Assembly: GCA_046496215.1 (NCBI GenBank)
Contig: JAWOHH010000087.1
Coordinates: 1,665-65,664, forward strand
DNA from: Desulfobacterales bacterium
GTDB lineage: Bacteria; Desulfobacterota; Desulfobacteria; Desulfobacterales; SpSt-501
Direction: 5' to 3'
DNA: 64,000 nucleotides
Positions 46,432-56,855 of the stretch are shown in pieces (position 1 is the stretch's first letter; each line of letters begins with the position of its first letter). The notes below the pieces were generated by a model. The model did not search any database, was not told the origin of the DNA, and was given only the letters and a program-made list of their open reading frames with translations. Both the position numbers and the translations under genes were made by a program.

Positions 46432-47282
46432 GACTTGTCCTTCACATGGGACTCCATTTCCGAAAATTCAGGTCGGGTTTCGCTCGGGATGCTGCGCCGC
46501 GCGAACTCCACGCAGACCAGAGGGCTGAAGCCCCTGGCAAAAGCTGCGATGGCTGATTTCACCGCCTCGAACACCTGGATTTCGGTCTCACTGGCGATGT
46601 CGAGGTTCGAGGCCAGGGGCTGAACAAACCCGTAACACAAAAAGATGCCCAGAAAGGTCCCGACCAGGGCCGCAGCGACTTTTTTGCCGATCTCTCCCGC
46701 AGGGCCGTCGATCGCCTGCATGGTGATGACGATCCCGAGGACCGCCGCAACGATCCCCAGGCCCGGCAGCGTGTCGGCGATCTTCGATAGGACGATGCTC
46801 GGCTTTTTCATGTCGTTGTGGTGCGTGTCGATGTCGCCCTCCATCAGCGATTCCAGGTCATGGGAGGCGATGCCGCCGATGATGACCATGCGGAAGGTGT
46901 CGGTCATGAAGTCGATCAGCGGTTTGTGTGCGAGAATTTCTGCATACTTTGAAAAAATGGGGCTCTCGGCCGGTGCTTCGATATGCTTCTCCAGAGCGAT
47001 GAGGCCTTCTTTTTGGGCCATGTAGAGCAGCTCGTAGAGGAGCTTCAACACCGAGAGGTAGGTCGTCTTGGTGACGGTCTCCCCTTTCAGGGCGCCGATC
47101 GATTTGGTCAGGATCCGTTGCAGAACATTTTTCGGCGCCGAGGCGAGCAGAGCGCCCAGCGCCGCACCTCCGATGATGATGAATTCGGCCGGCTGAACGA
47201 GGACCATGAAGGGTCCTCCAGCCTCCCAGAACCCCCCCAGAACGGACACGATGACGACTGTGAATCCGATAATGACAAACAC
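46428..47282 (-). CDS. motA: Flagellar motor stator protein MotA
   Basis: GTG start. 4-TM MotA/ExbB-type with the typical large cytoplasmic loop. Followed by motB with a 4-nt overlap. Confidence 0.85.
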   Translation of the reverse strand: MFVIIGFTVVIVSVLGGFWEAGGPFMVLVQPAEFIIIGGAALGALLASAPKNVLQRILTKSIGALKGETVTKTTYLSVLKLLYELLYMAQKEGLIALEKHIEAPAESPIFSKYAEILAHKPLIDFMTDTFRMVIIGGIASHDLESLMEGDIDTHHNDMKKPSIVLSKIADTLPGLGIVAAVLGIVITMQAIDGPAGEIGKKVAAALVGTFLGIFLCYGFVQPLASNLDIASETEIQVFEAVKSAIAAFARGFSPLVCVEFARRSIPSETRPEFSEMESHVKDKS

Positions 47283-47358
47283 GAGTTCCCTCAGGTTTGG
47301 TCGAATTGCTCCGGCAAAGCATGGGGCTGAAGTTTGCCGCGAATATCCTGCTAAGGGA

Positions 47359-47385
47359 ATATCGGTTCTGAGGCCGGAAACTTTA
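47359..47385 (-). promoter_or_regulatory. Sigma28 (FliA)-type promoter upstream of motAB
   Basis: The minus strand reads TAAAGTTT-N11-ACCGATAT versus the consensus TAAAGTTT-N11-GCCGATAA. The -10 ends 76 nt upstream of the motA start. Confidence 0.6.
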
Positions 47386-47521
47386 GCAAAGCCGGAGCGC
47401 TGCGGGTGGGAAAACAGTGGATTTTGGCGGGATGGGATTTATCTGTATTAATTACAACAGGTTTTGTCTGGTCGGCGACAGAGAGTCATCGTCCGGGCGA
47501 TGCGTCGCGGCAGGGTCCGGA

Positions 47522-47977
47522 TCAATGTTCCACCTGACCGGCCGGCGGCTCGAGTACCTCGATGGGGTCTCCGCAGCGAATGGTGCCTTCTTCGATCACC
47601 CGACCGAAAACCCCTTCGCGGGGCATGATGCAATCACCGGCCTTGTAATAGATGGCGCAGCGGGTGTGGCACTCCTTGCCGATCTGGGTCACTTCGATGA
47701 GGGCCTTCGGCCCCAAACGCACACGGGTGCCGACGGGGAGGCTTTTCCAGTCGATGCCTACCGTGGCCACATTCTCTGCGAAATCGCCAAAACCCACGTC
47801 GAGGCCCTGCTGCCGCGCCGATTCGATACTCTCTGAGGCTAAAAAACTCACCTGGCGGTGCCATGCCCCGGCATGGGCGTCGCCTTCGAGGCCATGGTCT
47901 TTCGAAAGGAAGGCCTCCTCCACCGGGGTTTTGACCGTACCTTTCTTTCGGCTGACAGCGATCGAAACGATCCTCAT
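47522..47977 (-). CDS. MOSC domain-containing protein
   Basis: 151 aa. 'GLEGDAHAG.WHRQVS' and 'G.F.ENV...G.D' are typical of the MOSC beta-barrel. AGGAGA RBS. Confidence 0.8.
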   Translation of the reverse strand: MRIVSIAVSRKKGTVKTPVEEAFLSKDHGLEGDAHAGAWHRQVSFLASESIESARQQGLDVGFGDFAENVATVGIDWKSLPVGTRVRLGPKALIEVTQIGKECHTRCAIYYKAGDCIMPREGVFGRVIEEGTIRCGDPIEVLEPPAGQVEH

Positions 47978-47990
47978 GGGTGTCTCCTGT

Positions 47991-48614
47991 TCATCGGCTT
48001 TTAGCGATCATGTAGATGCCGTAGGTCGCTCTCAGGTTCGGGAAAAACCGAGTGATGCGTCCGTAGCGGTCCTGGGAGTTGGTGTTGATGGCCGCCTCCT
48101 TCAAAACCCGCAGATCGACGGCAACCGCAAATTTCCTGAAATCCTTCAGGGTGATGACCCGGATGTTGGGAGTGTCGTGCCATTGGTAAGGCAGCTGACG
48201 GGACACCGGAGCGGAGCCGGTCAACAGCAGCTGGAGCCTCAACTTCCAGTGGCTGAAGTTTGGAAAGCTCACGATCCCCCTCTGGCCCACGTGCAGCATG
48301 GAGCGGATGAGGGCGGCCGGCGCATAGACTTGCTGGAGCGTCTGGCTCAGGATGACATAATCGAAGGCGTTCTGCGGGTAATCGAGAATCTCCTGGTTGA
48401 TGTCACCCTGCAGAACCGACAACCCCTTTTCGATGCAGCGGGCGACCTTCTCTTCGTTGTGCTCGATGCCGGTCCCGGCCACCCGTTTCTGTGTGATCAG
48501 GTGCTGGAGCAGGTCGCCCTCCCCGCAACCCAGGTCCAACACCCGCGACCCCGGCTCGATCCAGGAGGCAACGATCTGCAGGTCGTAGCGGATGAAGTTA
48601 TGCGCGGAACTCAT
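47991..48614 (-). CDS. metW: Methionine biosynthesis protein MetW
   Basis: 'D...I..WI.PGSRVLDLGCG.G.LL..L' and 'FD.VILSQTLQ' blocks. Overlaps the metX end. Confidence 0.85.
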   Translation of the reverse strand: MSSAHNFIRYDLQIVASWIEPGSRVLDLGCGEGDLLQHLITQKRVAGTGIEHNEEKVARCIEKGLSVLQGDINQEILDYPQNAFDYVILSQTLQQVYAPAALIRSMLHVGQRGIVSFPNFSHWKLRLQLLLTGSAPVSRQLPYQWHDTPNIRVITLKDFRKFAVAVDLRVLKEAAINTNSQDRYGRITRFFPNLRATYGIYMIAKSR

Positions 48615-49782
48615 CGTGCACCCGCTGGAGAAATCCGTGGATCAGGCTTTTCAGGCGCGCACCGGGGAGCAGGAAGGCATCGTGCCCCCATTGGGCCTCG
48701 ATTTCGCAAAAACTCACGTCCCGGCCGCATTTTTTCAGGGCTTTGACGATGCTGCGGGCCTGGTAAGTCGGGTAGAGCCAGTCCGATGTGAAGGAGATCA
48801 CCAGGAATTTGGCGCGGGCTTTGGAGCAGGCTTTTACGTCCGAGCCGTCTCCGTGCTGCTTGCCCAGGTCGAAATAGTCCGCCGCCTTGGTGATGAACAG
48901 AAACGAGTTGGCATCGAAGCGGTCGACGAATTTGCGCCCCTGGTAGCGCAGGTAGCTCTCCACCTGGAAATCGGCATCGAAATTGAAGGAGAAATCGCTC
49001 TTGTCCTGAAGGCGGCGGCCGAACTTCAGGCGCATGGATTCGTCCGACAGATAGGTAATGTGCCCGATCATGCGCGCCACCGCCAGCCCCAGCGCGGGCT
49101 TCGGGCCGTTGTAATAGTCGCCGTGGTTCCAGTGGGGGTCCGCCATGATGGACTGGCGGGCGACCTCGTTGAACGCGATGGCCAGCGCCGAATGCCGCAT
49201 GGTGGTGGCCAGCGGGATGGCGGAGAACACCGCCTGCGGGTAGCGCACGCACCATTCCAGGACCTGCATCCCACCGATGGACCCGCCCACGACGCACAGC
49301 AGCTGCTCGATGCCCAGGTGATCCACGAGGGCTTTCTGGGCCGCGACCATGTCGCCGATGGTCACCACCGGGAACTCCAGTCCGTAAGGCTTTCCAGTAG
49401 CCGGGTTGGTGCTGGCGGGGCCGGTGGATCCCATGCAGCTGCCGATGATGTTGGAGCAGACGACGAAATAGCGATCGGTGTCGATGCCTTTTCCGGGTCC
49501 TACCATGCAGTCCCACCAGCCGGGTTTCTCGTCCTGCGGCGTGTAGACCCCGGCAGCGTGCGAATCCCCCGAGAGGGCGTGTAGGACCAGGACGGCATTG
49601 CGCCGGTCCGGCGCCAGGGTCCCGTAGGTCTCATACGCGAGGCTCAGAGGGCCGATCCGGGCCCCGCTTTCGAGCACCATCGGGTGCGGTGGCTCGGCGA
49701 AGGTGAAGTGCTTCTTTGCGACGATGCCGACCGATATGGAATCCGGTGTGTGTTCGATGTATTCGCTCATGGGTTCTTGCAC
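48598..49782 (-). CDS. metX: Homoserine O-acetyltransferase
   Basis: 'NAVLVLHALSGDSHAAG', nucleophile elbow 'GGSIGGMQ', 'D.LYP'. Adjacent metW. Confidence 0.9.
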   Translation of the reverse strand: MQEPMSEYIEHTPDSISVGIVAKKHFTFAEPPHPMVLESGARIGPLSLAYETYGTLAPDRRNAVLVLHALSGDSHAAGVYTPQDEKPGWWDCMVGPGKGIDTDRYFVVCSNIIGSCMGSTGPASTNPATGKPYGLEFPVVTIGDMVAAQKALVDHLGIEQLLCVVGGSIGGMQVLEWCVRYPQAVFSAIPLATTMRHSALAIAFNEVARQSIMADPHWNHGDYYNGPKPALGLAVARMIGHITYLSDESMRLKFGRRLQDKSDFSFNFDADFQVESYLRYQGRKFVDRFDANSFLFITKAADYFDLGKQHGDGSDVKACSKARAKFLVISFTSDWLYPTYQARSIVKALKKCGRDVSFCEIEAQWGHDAFLLPGARLKSLIHGFLQRVHDEFRA

Positions 49783-49858
49783 TGCGCCGCTGACGTGTCA
49801 CCGCCGCCGGGCCCGTGCCGGAGTTAAGTATCTATATTCCGACAGGACCGGAAACCTG

Positions 49859-51079
49859 TCAATCCGGCTGCGATTGCCGCCCGGACCCCTGCTGAGCCCG
49901 ATGGGGAGCGCCGCCGGCCGGCTTCAGCGTGAACGCGACGATTTCCGCCGGCGCCCCGGTGCGCATCGGCGGGCCCCAAGTGCCGACCCCGCTGGTGATG
50001 TAAATGGAGAAACCGTCTTCGCGGTGCAGCCCGTACTCATAGCCGTTGTAAATCCAGCGCGTCAGCAGGCCGAAGGGGAAGAACTGGCCCCGGTGGGTAT
50101 GGCCCGAGAGCTGCAGCGAAACCCCTAGCTGCCGGGCCAGCGCGAAAGAGGTGTCCGGGCGCCAATAGGTCGCCGAGCGGCCTTCACGCATGGCTGGCCG
50201 CAGGATATTCGACGGGGTGTGAAACAGCAGGATGGAGGGCGGGCGAAGCCCGCTTTCGGCCGAGAGCAGCTCAAGACCGCGGATATCCGCTTCGCCGCCG
50301 ATGCCGGGGTAGGCAATGCCCATCAGGGCGAGCCCGCCGATATCGACCACTTCGTTGGACAGCACCCGGATTCCGGCCTGCTCCACGATCTCTAAACAGC
50401 GGCGCTGGCCCGCGTAGACCTCGTGGTTGCCGGTCACGAAGAAAACGCCGTTTTTCGCCCTCAACCGGCTGAGCGGGGCGACGAACGTCGGCAACCCGTC
50501 GATCATGCCGTCGAACAGGTCCCCGGTGATCACCACCAGATCCGGGGAGAGGGCGTTGACCTGCTCGGCCAGCCGATCCATGGCGGCGGCGGTGTGGAAG
50601 TGGCCCAGGTGGACGTCGGAGAGCTGCACGATGGTCCCGTTGCGCCAGGTCTCCGGCAGGTGATCGAACGTAAGTTCGACGCGCCGGACGACGGGGTGAA
50701 ACGCGCTCCAGAAGCCGTAAAGCGCCCAACCCAGGCCGAGCAGGACACACACCGCCGCGATCGTGCGGAAGCTCGTGGCGGTGAACCCCAACGCGTGCAG
50801 GAGGCCGTAAATCGACCATGTCGCCCCGACGGCCAGCGCGAGTTTGATGAACAGGGCAAACCAAACGGCCGACACCTTGTAGAGTCCGACGGTCAGCGGG
50901 TTCTCATCCCAGCGCAGGAGAAAAAACGCCGCCATGAAGCTCACGCCCAGCAGCATGAAGACAAACAGGCCCCCCCCGCGGGCAACCGGGTGGGCGACCT
51001 CCAGGCACCGAACGGCAAAGCGGTACAGCATGAAGTGCGCGCAGACGGTGATCACAAACGCCATGGATAGAAATATCAT
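49859..51079 (-). CDS. Membrane-anchored metallophosphoesterase
   Basis: About 4 N-terminal TM helices, then calcineurin-like motifs 'QLSDVHLG', 'GDLFD', 'GNHE', 'GHTH'. Confidence 0.75.
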   Translation of the reverse strand: MIFLSMAFVITVCAHFMLYRFAVRCLEVAHPVARGGGLFVFMLLGVSFMAAFFLLRWDENPLTVGLYKVSAVWFALFIKLALAVGATWSIYGLLHALGFTATSFRTIAAVCVLLGLGWALYGFWSAFHPVVRRVELTFDHLPETWRNGTIVQLSDVHLGHFHTAAAMDRLAEQVNALSPDLVVITGDLFDGMIDGLPTFVAPLSRLRAKNGVFFVTGNHEVYAGQRRCLEIVEQAGIRVLSNEVVDIGGLALMGIAYPGIGGEADIRGLELLSAESGLRPPSILLFHTPSNILRPAMREGRSATYWRPDTSFALARQLGVSLQLSGHTHRGQFFPFGLLTRWIYNGYEYGLHREDGFSIYITSGVGTWGPPMRTGAPAEIVAFTLKPAGGAPHRAQQGSGRQSQPD

Positions 51080-51189
51080 CGGGCGACCCTGCCGGCGCTC
51101 GTGCAGCGGGCTGTGCGGGGCCTTTGACCTTCCGGCGCCCGCCGTGCTAATGTGATTTGCTGTTTCTTTTCGGAAAACACTTGCGAGTT

Positions 51190-51969
51190 ATGAGCCGCCA
51201 TCCACACACCTTTGCGCTGATCCGGGAAAACGGTAAGGTCCGGCGCTGCCTGTCCTGCGGGACGACCGAAAACATGAAGCGCCGGCGATACTGTTCCATC
51301 GAGTGCCGCCAGAAACTGCGCCACAACCTCAATATCCGCACCGGCCTGCTGCAGACGCTGCAGACCCGTTATGCCACGTTCTACTTCACCGAAACCCACA
51401 TCGCCCTGGATATCCTGCGCTACGGGTCCACCGAATTGCTGAGTTTCATCTTTCCCCGGTCCAACGGCAAGAAGCCGGTGGAGGATTTTTCCCGCATGCT
51501 CAACCTGCTGGGCAATGCCTGGTGGGCGGAGGTGCACCGGACCAAGAAGCGCTACCTGGCCACGCGCCACATCCTGGCCAAAGCCAGCCCGGTCGAGGGG
51601 GACATCAACTCCGTGCGGCCGTTGGAGGTGCGCGAGCCGGCGCGCATGGCTCGCTCCATGACCCATCTCAAGCTCAAGCACAAAGATTTGTACTCGCCCA
51701 ACCTGCAGCAGATCATCAAGCGTGCCTTCCGCCGGCAGGCTAAGCAGCACCACCCGGACCAGGGCGGCAACCCCGCTCTGTTCCGCAAGCTGCGGGACGC
51801 CTACGAGCAGCTGATCCGCTGGTCCGAGAAACCCACCTTCACCACCCGCAGGGGGTTCCCCGACAAGTGGTTCTACGAGGGCGGCCTGGACCGCTGGACG
51901 CAACCCGCCCCGCTGCGACGGCTGCGCACCGCCGATGGACCCGGGCGTTCGGGTTCCCGCAGAGCCTGA
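51190..51969 (+). CDS. Hypothetical protein with N-terminal CxxC..CxxxC zinc-ribbon-like motif and C-terminal J-domain-like HPD segment
   Basis: 'CLSCGTTENMKRRRYCSIEC' near the N-terminus. 'IIKRAFRRQAKQHHPDQGGNPALFRKLRDAYEQL' resembles DnaJ helices II-III. Start uncertain (ATG 51190 vs TTG 51157). Confidence 0.5.
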   Translation: MSRHPHTFALIRENGKVRRCLSCGTTENMKRRRYCSIECRQKLRHNLNIRTGLLQTLQTRYATFYFTETHIALDILRYGSTELLSFIFPRSNGKKPVEDFSRMLNLLGNAWWAEVHRTKKRYLATRHILAKASPVEGDINSVRPLEVREPARMARSMTHLKLKHKDLYSPNLQQIIKRAFRRQAKQHHPDQGGNPALFRKLRDAYEQLIRWSEKPTFTTRRGFPDKWFYEGGLDRWTQPAPLRRLRTADGPGRSGSRRA

Positions 51970-51970
51970 C

Positions 51971-53644
51971 CTATCGGGGAAACACGGCCCCTTTGTCCGC
52001 GCTGGAGACGATGGCGGCGTAGCGGGCCAGATAGCCCGTCCGGATCTTGGACTTGAACTCAGGCAGCGACGCCAGGCGCCTCTTGATCTCATCGGCTGCA
52101 AGCTTGACGTTTAGACGCTTGGCCGGGATGTCAATGGCGATGGTGTCCCCCTCCCGCAGCGCGGCGATCGGCCCGCGCGCCGCCGCCTCGGGGGAGATGT
52201 GGCCGATGGCGGCCCCGCGGCTCGCCCCCGAAAAGCGGCCGTCGGTGATCAGCGCCACATCCTTGTCCAACCCCATTCCGGCCAGGGCCGCCGTGGGCGA
52301 GAGCATCTCCTGCATGCCGGGGCCTCCCCGCGGCCCCTCGTAACGCACCACCACCACATCGCCCTTGCGGACCTTGCCGCCGACGATGGCCTTGAAGGCC
52401 TCCTCCTCCGAATTGAAGATCCGTGCCGGTCCGCTGTGTTTCAGCATCTCCTGGGAGACCGCCGCCTGCTTGACGACCGCCCCCTGCGGGGCGAGGTTGC
52501 CTTTGAGGACGGCCAGCCCCCCGGTAGGATGCACGGGGTTTTTCAGGGTCCGGATGACCTCCTTGTCCTTGCTGCCGGCCTTGATGGCGTCGAGCATCTT
52601 GCCCACCGGCTTGCCGAAGACGGTCATGGCTTTCTCGTTGATCAGGCCGCCTTTGCGCAGTTCCGCCATGACGGCCGGGACCCCGCCGGCATGGAAGAGA
52701 TCCACGACATGGTGCGGTCCGGCCGGCGCAAGCGACGTCAGGTGCGGGGTTGAGTCCGTGAACCTCCCGAAGTCCGACAGGGTGATGTCCAGACCGGCGT
52801 AGTAGGCGATCGCCGGCAGGTGCAGCGCGCTGTTGGTGGAGCCGCCCAGGGCCATGTCGGTAACGATGGCGTTGTGGAATGCCGCGCGCGTCAGGATGTC
52901 CAGGGGGCGGGTCCTGGATTTAACCAGCTGCACCGCCGCCTGCCCGGTCTGCTTGGCCATCCAGACGCGTTCGGCGTAAACCGCGGGGATGCTCCCGCCC
53001 AGCGGCAGGGTCATGCCCAGGGCCTCGGAGAGGTTGCACATCGTGTTGGCGGTGAACATGCCGGCGCACGAACCAGCGCCGGGGCAGGCGGCGCACTCGT
53101 ATTTTTTGAGCTCGCCGGCGCTGATCTTTCCACCCTTGTAACGGCCGACGGCCTCGAACACCTTGTCCAGCCCGGTCTCCTTGCCGTGAACGCGCCCCGG
53201 CAGCATCGGCCCGCCCGGCAGGAAGATCGAGGGGATGTTCAGCCGCGCCGCCGCGATCAGCATCCCGGGGATGATCTTGTCGCAGGAGGCCATCAGCACC
53301 AGCCCGTCGAAGGGGTGGGCCATGGCCATGATCTCGAGCGAGTCGGCAATGAGTTCGCGGCTGGGAAGCGAGTACTTCATGCCGACGTGGTTCATGGCGA
53401 TCCCGTCGCAGACCCCGATGGTGTTGAAGACCACCGGTGTCCCGCCGGCGGCGTAAATCCCGGCCTTGACGGCGTCCACCAGTTTGTCCAGATGGATGTG
53501 GCCGGGGATGATCTCGTTGAAGGAGTTGGCGACGCCGATGATCGGCCGTTCCATCTCCCAGTCCGTGAAGCCCTCCGCGCGCAGCAGCGAGCGGTGGGGC
53601 GCCCGTTCAGGACCTTTGGTCATTAAATCGCTGCGTTTGGCCAT
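51971..53644 (-). CDS. ilvD: Dihydroxy-acid dehydratase
   Basis: '[10 protein letters not shown]', 'CDK..PGML', 'LITDGRFSG' IlvD signatures. 557 aa. Confidence 0.95.
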   Translation of the reverse strand: MAKRSDLMTKGPERAPHRSLLRAEGFTDWEMERPIIGVANSFNEIIPGHIHLDKLVDAVKAGIYAAGGTPVVFNTIGVCDGIAMNHVGMKYSLPSRELIADSLEIMAMAHPFDGLVLMASCDKIIPGMLIAAARLNIPSIFLPGGPMLPGRVHGKETGLDKVFEAVGRYKGGKISAGELKKYECAACPGAGSCAGMFTANTMCNLSEALGMTLPLGGSIPAVYAERVWMAKQTGQAAVQLVKSRTRPLDILTRAAFHNAIVTDMALGGSTNSALHLPAIAYYAGLDITLSDFGRFTDSTPHLTSLAPAGPHHVVDLFHAGGVPAVMAELRKGGLINEKAMTVFGKPVGKMLDAIKAGSKDKEVIRTLKNPVHPTGGLAVLKGNLAPQGAVVKQAAVSQEMLKHSGPARIFNSEEEAFKAIVGGKVRKGDVVVVRYEGPRGGPGMQEMLSPTAALAGMGLDKDVALITDGRFSGASRGAAIGHISPEAAARGPIAALREGDTIAIDIPAKRLNVKLAADEIKRRLASLPEFKSKIRTGYLARYAAIVSSADKGAVFPR

Positions 53645-53662
53645 GATGGCAACTCCTTTTGC

Positions 53663-55672
53663 TTAGTAGGTTTCAACCGTGCGGCCCGCCTCGAACCCCT
53701 GGTGGATCGCATCGAAAGCCCACCCGGGCTTACCGGCATCGCCCACCACCCTGCAGGGGATGCCCTTTTGCTTCAGAACCTCCTCCAGGGGGTTGTGGGA
53801 CTGAGCGCCGACCGCCAGGACAATGGTGTCCGCCTGTATCTCCTCGGTGACCCCGTCGGACTCGATTCTCAGCCCCTTGGGGGTGATTTCCAGAACCCGG
53901 GCCGAGGTCCGCGTGCGCACCCCCGAGCGGGTGAGATCCTGGAGCATGCCCCAGCGCGTCGTGCGGCCGATGTCCTTTCCGAGTTTGTCGACCATTTCAA
54001 CGAGCGTGACCGTCTTGGTCCCGCGTGTCGCCAGATCATAAAGGGTTTTGGGCTCCTCGGCCCGGTTTACCAGCAGAAACTTGACGGCTTCACCGGAGAG
54101 GGTCCCCTTTTCGGCCAGGAACAATGCCGTTTCGACGCCCACCGCGCCTCCGCCGACAACCACCACCTGCCGGCCCGTCGACACCCGGTCGCGCAGCACG
54201 TCCCAGGCCTGGACCACATGCGGCAGGTTGGCACCAGCAAGCAGCGGTTTCACGGGGACGGCGCCGGTGGCGAGGATGACGGCATCCGGCTTTTCCGTTT
54301 CGATCAGGGCCGGGTCGACGGGCCGGTTCAGGACGACCGCAACACCGCTCTGGGCAACCTGCTGCTGGAGGTTCCGGGCAAGCTCGACGAACTCTCCCCG
54401 GCCGGGAGGGGCGCCGGCCAGATGCAACTGGCCCCCAAGCCGATCCCCCTTTTCGTAAAGGGTGACCGCATGGCCCGCCTCCCAGGCCGCGAGCGCCGCG
54501 CTCATGCCCCCGGCCCCGCCGCCCACCACCATCACCTTCCGGGGAATCCGGGCCTTGCGCAACGCCGTTTTGCCTTCGCGACCCGCCCTGGGGTTGCAGA
54601 GGCATTCGACCGGCTTCAAAAGGAAGAGGTTGTCGAAGCAGCCCTGGGCACAGGCGATGCAATGCAGGATCTTCTCTTCCCGGCCCTCGGCCGCCTTGAC
54701 AGGCAGAAACGGATCGGCGATCAGCGAGCGGCCCATGGCCACGAAATCGCACATGCCCTCGGCGATCATGTCGCGCGCGGTCTGCGGGTCGTTGATCCGG
54801 TGGCCGGCGGCGACCGGCACATCCACCAGCTCCTTGATCCCGCGCGCGAGGTAGGCGTACACCCCGCGGGGCACGGCGGTCACGATCTGGGGCACGCGCG
54901 CCTCGTGCCAGCCGACGTTGATGTTGAGGGCGTCCGTGCCGGCGGCGACGAGTGCCTGGGCGAACGCCTGAAGATCGGCGCGGCCGTTTCCGCCGGGCAT
55001 GAAATCGTTTCCGTTCATGCGCACGAGAATCGGGTAGTCCGCGCCGACCGCGCGGCGAACGGCCTGGATCACCTCGACCCCGAAGCGCATCCGGTTCTCG
55101 CGCGACCCGCCGTAGGCGTCGGCGCGCAGGTTGGTCAGGGGCGAGAAGAACTCGCTGATGAGGTAGCCGGTTCCGGCAAGCACCTCGACCGCGTCGTATC
55201 CGGCTTGCCGAGCCCGCCGCGCCGCCGCGGCGAAACGGCCGATCACCTCGGGGATCTCGTCGAGGCCGAGCTCCCGCGGGGTTTCGCCGGTCATGCGCGA
55301 GGCGACGGCCGAGGGCGCGACGGGCTGCTTTCCGTCAATGAAGAAGGAGAAATTGTAGCGGCCGGCATGGTTGATCTGCAACACGGCGCGCGCACCGTTG
55401 TCGCGGATGGCGGAGGCAAGGCGGGTCAGGCCCGGGATGAACGCGTCCTGGTGCGCACCGATGTTGGTGGTGCCCCCGGAGAGTTCGTCCACCGTGGCGT
55501 AGCCCACGGCAATCATGCCCGCGCCGCCCCGGGCGCGTTCGGCGTAGAACTCGACCAACTGGTCGGTGACCTCGTAATCTTTCGCCATATTCATGTGCAT
55601 GGCGGGCATGTAGATGCGGTTCTTGATTTCCATCCGGTTGATCCGGAGTGTCTGGAACAGCGGATCGCGCAT
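53663..55672 (-). CDS. 2,4-dienoyl-CoA reductase-like flavoprotein (OYE domain + Fe-S + FAD/NAD(P) domain)
   Basis: OYE N-terminus 'I.NRI.M.AMH', Cys cluster 'CIACAQGC...C.CNP', 'VVGGGAGGM' and 'VVVGGGAVG' dinucleotide folds. AAGGAGGAAG RBS. Confidence 0.85.
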   Translation of the reverse strand: MRDPLFQTLRINRMEIKNRIYMPAMHMNMAKDYEVTDQLVEFYAERARGGAGMIAVGYATVDELSGGTTNIGAHQDAFIPGLTRLASAIRDNGARAVLQINHAGRYNFSFFIDGKQPVAPSAVASRMTGETPRELGLDEIPEVIGRFAAAARRARQAGYDAVEVLAGTGYLISEFFSPLTNLRADAYGGSRENRMRFGVEVIQAVRRAVGADYPILVRMNGNDFMPGGNGRADLQAFAQALVAAGTDALNINVGWHEARVPQIVTAVPRGVYAYLARGIKELVDVPVAAGHRINDPQTARDMIAEGMCDFVAMGRSLIADPFLPVKAAEGREEKILHCIACAQGCFDNLFLLKPVECLCNPRAGREGKTALRKARIPRKVMVVGGGAGGMSAALAAWEAGHAVTLYEKGDRLGGQLHLAGAPPGRGEFVELARNLQQQVAQSGVAVVLNRPVDPALIETEKPDAVILATGAVPVKPLLAGANLPHVVQAWDVLRDRVSTGRQVVVVGGGAVGVETALFLAEKGTLSGEAVKFLLVNRAEEPKTLYDLATRGTKTVTLVEMVDKLGKDIGRTTRWGMLQDLTRSGVRTRTSARVLEITPKGLRIESDGVTEEIQADTIVLAVGAQSHNPLEEVLKQKGIPCRVVGDAGKPGWAFDAIHQGFEAGRTVETY

Positions 55673-55699
55673 GCTTCCTCCTTGTTTAAAAAATAAATT

Positions 55700-56701
55700 T
55701 CAAGGCCTTGGCCCAAAACCGGTGACCAGTAGGGATTCGACCGGCAGCCCGGCCGGGATCAGCTGCTGGGCCGCCATGATCTCGGCGGTCTGCTTCCAGG
55801 CTTCGGCGTCGATTTTCCCGAACGCGACGCCTGCGGCCGGCAGCATCACTTCGCGGGTCACCGTGAGCTGGCGGCGCACGACCGCCTCCGGCGTCTCTCG
55901 ATCCATTTGCGCCAGCACCCGCACGGCCTGGTCCTCGTTGCGCGGGTCCAGGGCATCCCGCCACCCCTGGAGTAGTGCCCCAAGAAAGCGCTTGACGGTG
56001 TCGGGATGGTCTTCCACCATCTGCCGGGTGGTCACCACCGAGTTGGCCACGAACTTGACCCCGAGCCGGTCCGGGCTGACGAAGTCGAAGCTCTCGCCGG
56101 CCTGGGCCAGCTTGTCGCCGATGATGACGGCCTGGGCGTTCAGATAGAGCGGCCAAAAGGCCACCCGGCCCTCGTAGAAGGGCGTGTAGTCGTAGCGCAC
56201 GCTGAAGAGATTGACCTCGGCCTCGGCGATGTTGTAGCGGGCCATGAGCGCCCGCATGATGGTCTCGTCGTTGCCGCCGAAGGTGACCCCGATCGTCATG
56301 CCTTTCCAGTCCGCCGGGGAGGTAAACGGGGTTCGGTCCGGCCGGTAGATCCAGTTGAGCGGGTTGACCTGGAACAGCTGCGCCACCACAACGATCGGCG
56401 CCCCCTTGGCCACGGCCCGAAACACCTGGTCGGCCGAAGCGACCCCGAAGTGGGCATGGCCGAGCTCCAGCTCCTTGAGCGCGTCGCGCTCGGGGCCGCC
56501 GGGCTTTACATGCACCTTTAATCCGTTGCGCTCGAAATGGCCAAGGGCATCGGCATAGAGGTCGCCCACCGTGCTGACGTTGTAGAGCCACTTGAGCCGG
56601 TAGTTGACCTCCTCTTTTTCTTTTTGCCCGCAGGCAAAAAGAAAAAATAGTGTTAAAAACATGATACTTGGAAAGGAAAAAATGAATGGTTTTCTTTCCA
56701 T
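55700..56701 (-). CDS. ABC transporter substrate-binding lipoprotein (NMT1/SsuA-like, NitT/TauT family)
   Basis: 'FLTLFFLFACGQ' lipobox, SsuA/NMT1-like body. Start at ATG 56701 assumed. Confidence 0.7.
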   Translation of the reverse strand: MERKPFIFSFPSIMFLTLFFLFACGQKEKEEVNYRLKWLYNVSTVGDLYADALGHFERNGLKVHVKPGGPERDALKELELGHAHFGVASADQVFRAVAKGAPIVVVAQLFQVNPLNWIYRPDRTPFTSPADWKGMTIGVTFGGNDETIMRALMARYNIAEAEVNLFSVRYDYTPFYEGRVAFWPLYLNAQAVIIGDKLAQAGESFDFVSPDRLGVKFVANSVVTTRQMVEDHPDTVKRFLGALLQGWRDALDPRNEDQAVRVLAQMDRETPEAVVRRQLTVTREVMLPAAGVAFGKIDAEAWKQTAEIMAAQQLIPAGLPVESLLVTGFGPRP

Positions 56702-56855
56702 TCCCGGTCCCGACCGTCTGGTGATCCATTGCGGCGGCATATTGCACACATCTTCGGTTGAGCCAGTCGAGCCGCGCAGCGGGTTCAACTCCACCGGGAA
56801 TTGTCCGGTTGACTCTGACCCGCCTTCTTTTCAATCCTCTTTCATGGCAAAACCA

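Noticed and set aside
49783-49858. Possible SAM riboswitch in the metX leader.
   Set aside because: The spacer is only 76 nt and lacks recognisable SAM-I, SAM-II or SAM-V conserved cores. A covariance-model scan would be needed to say more.
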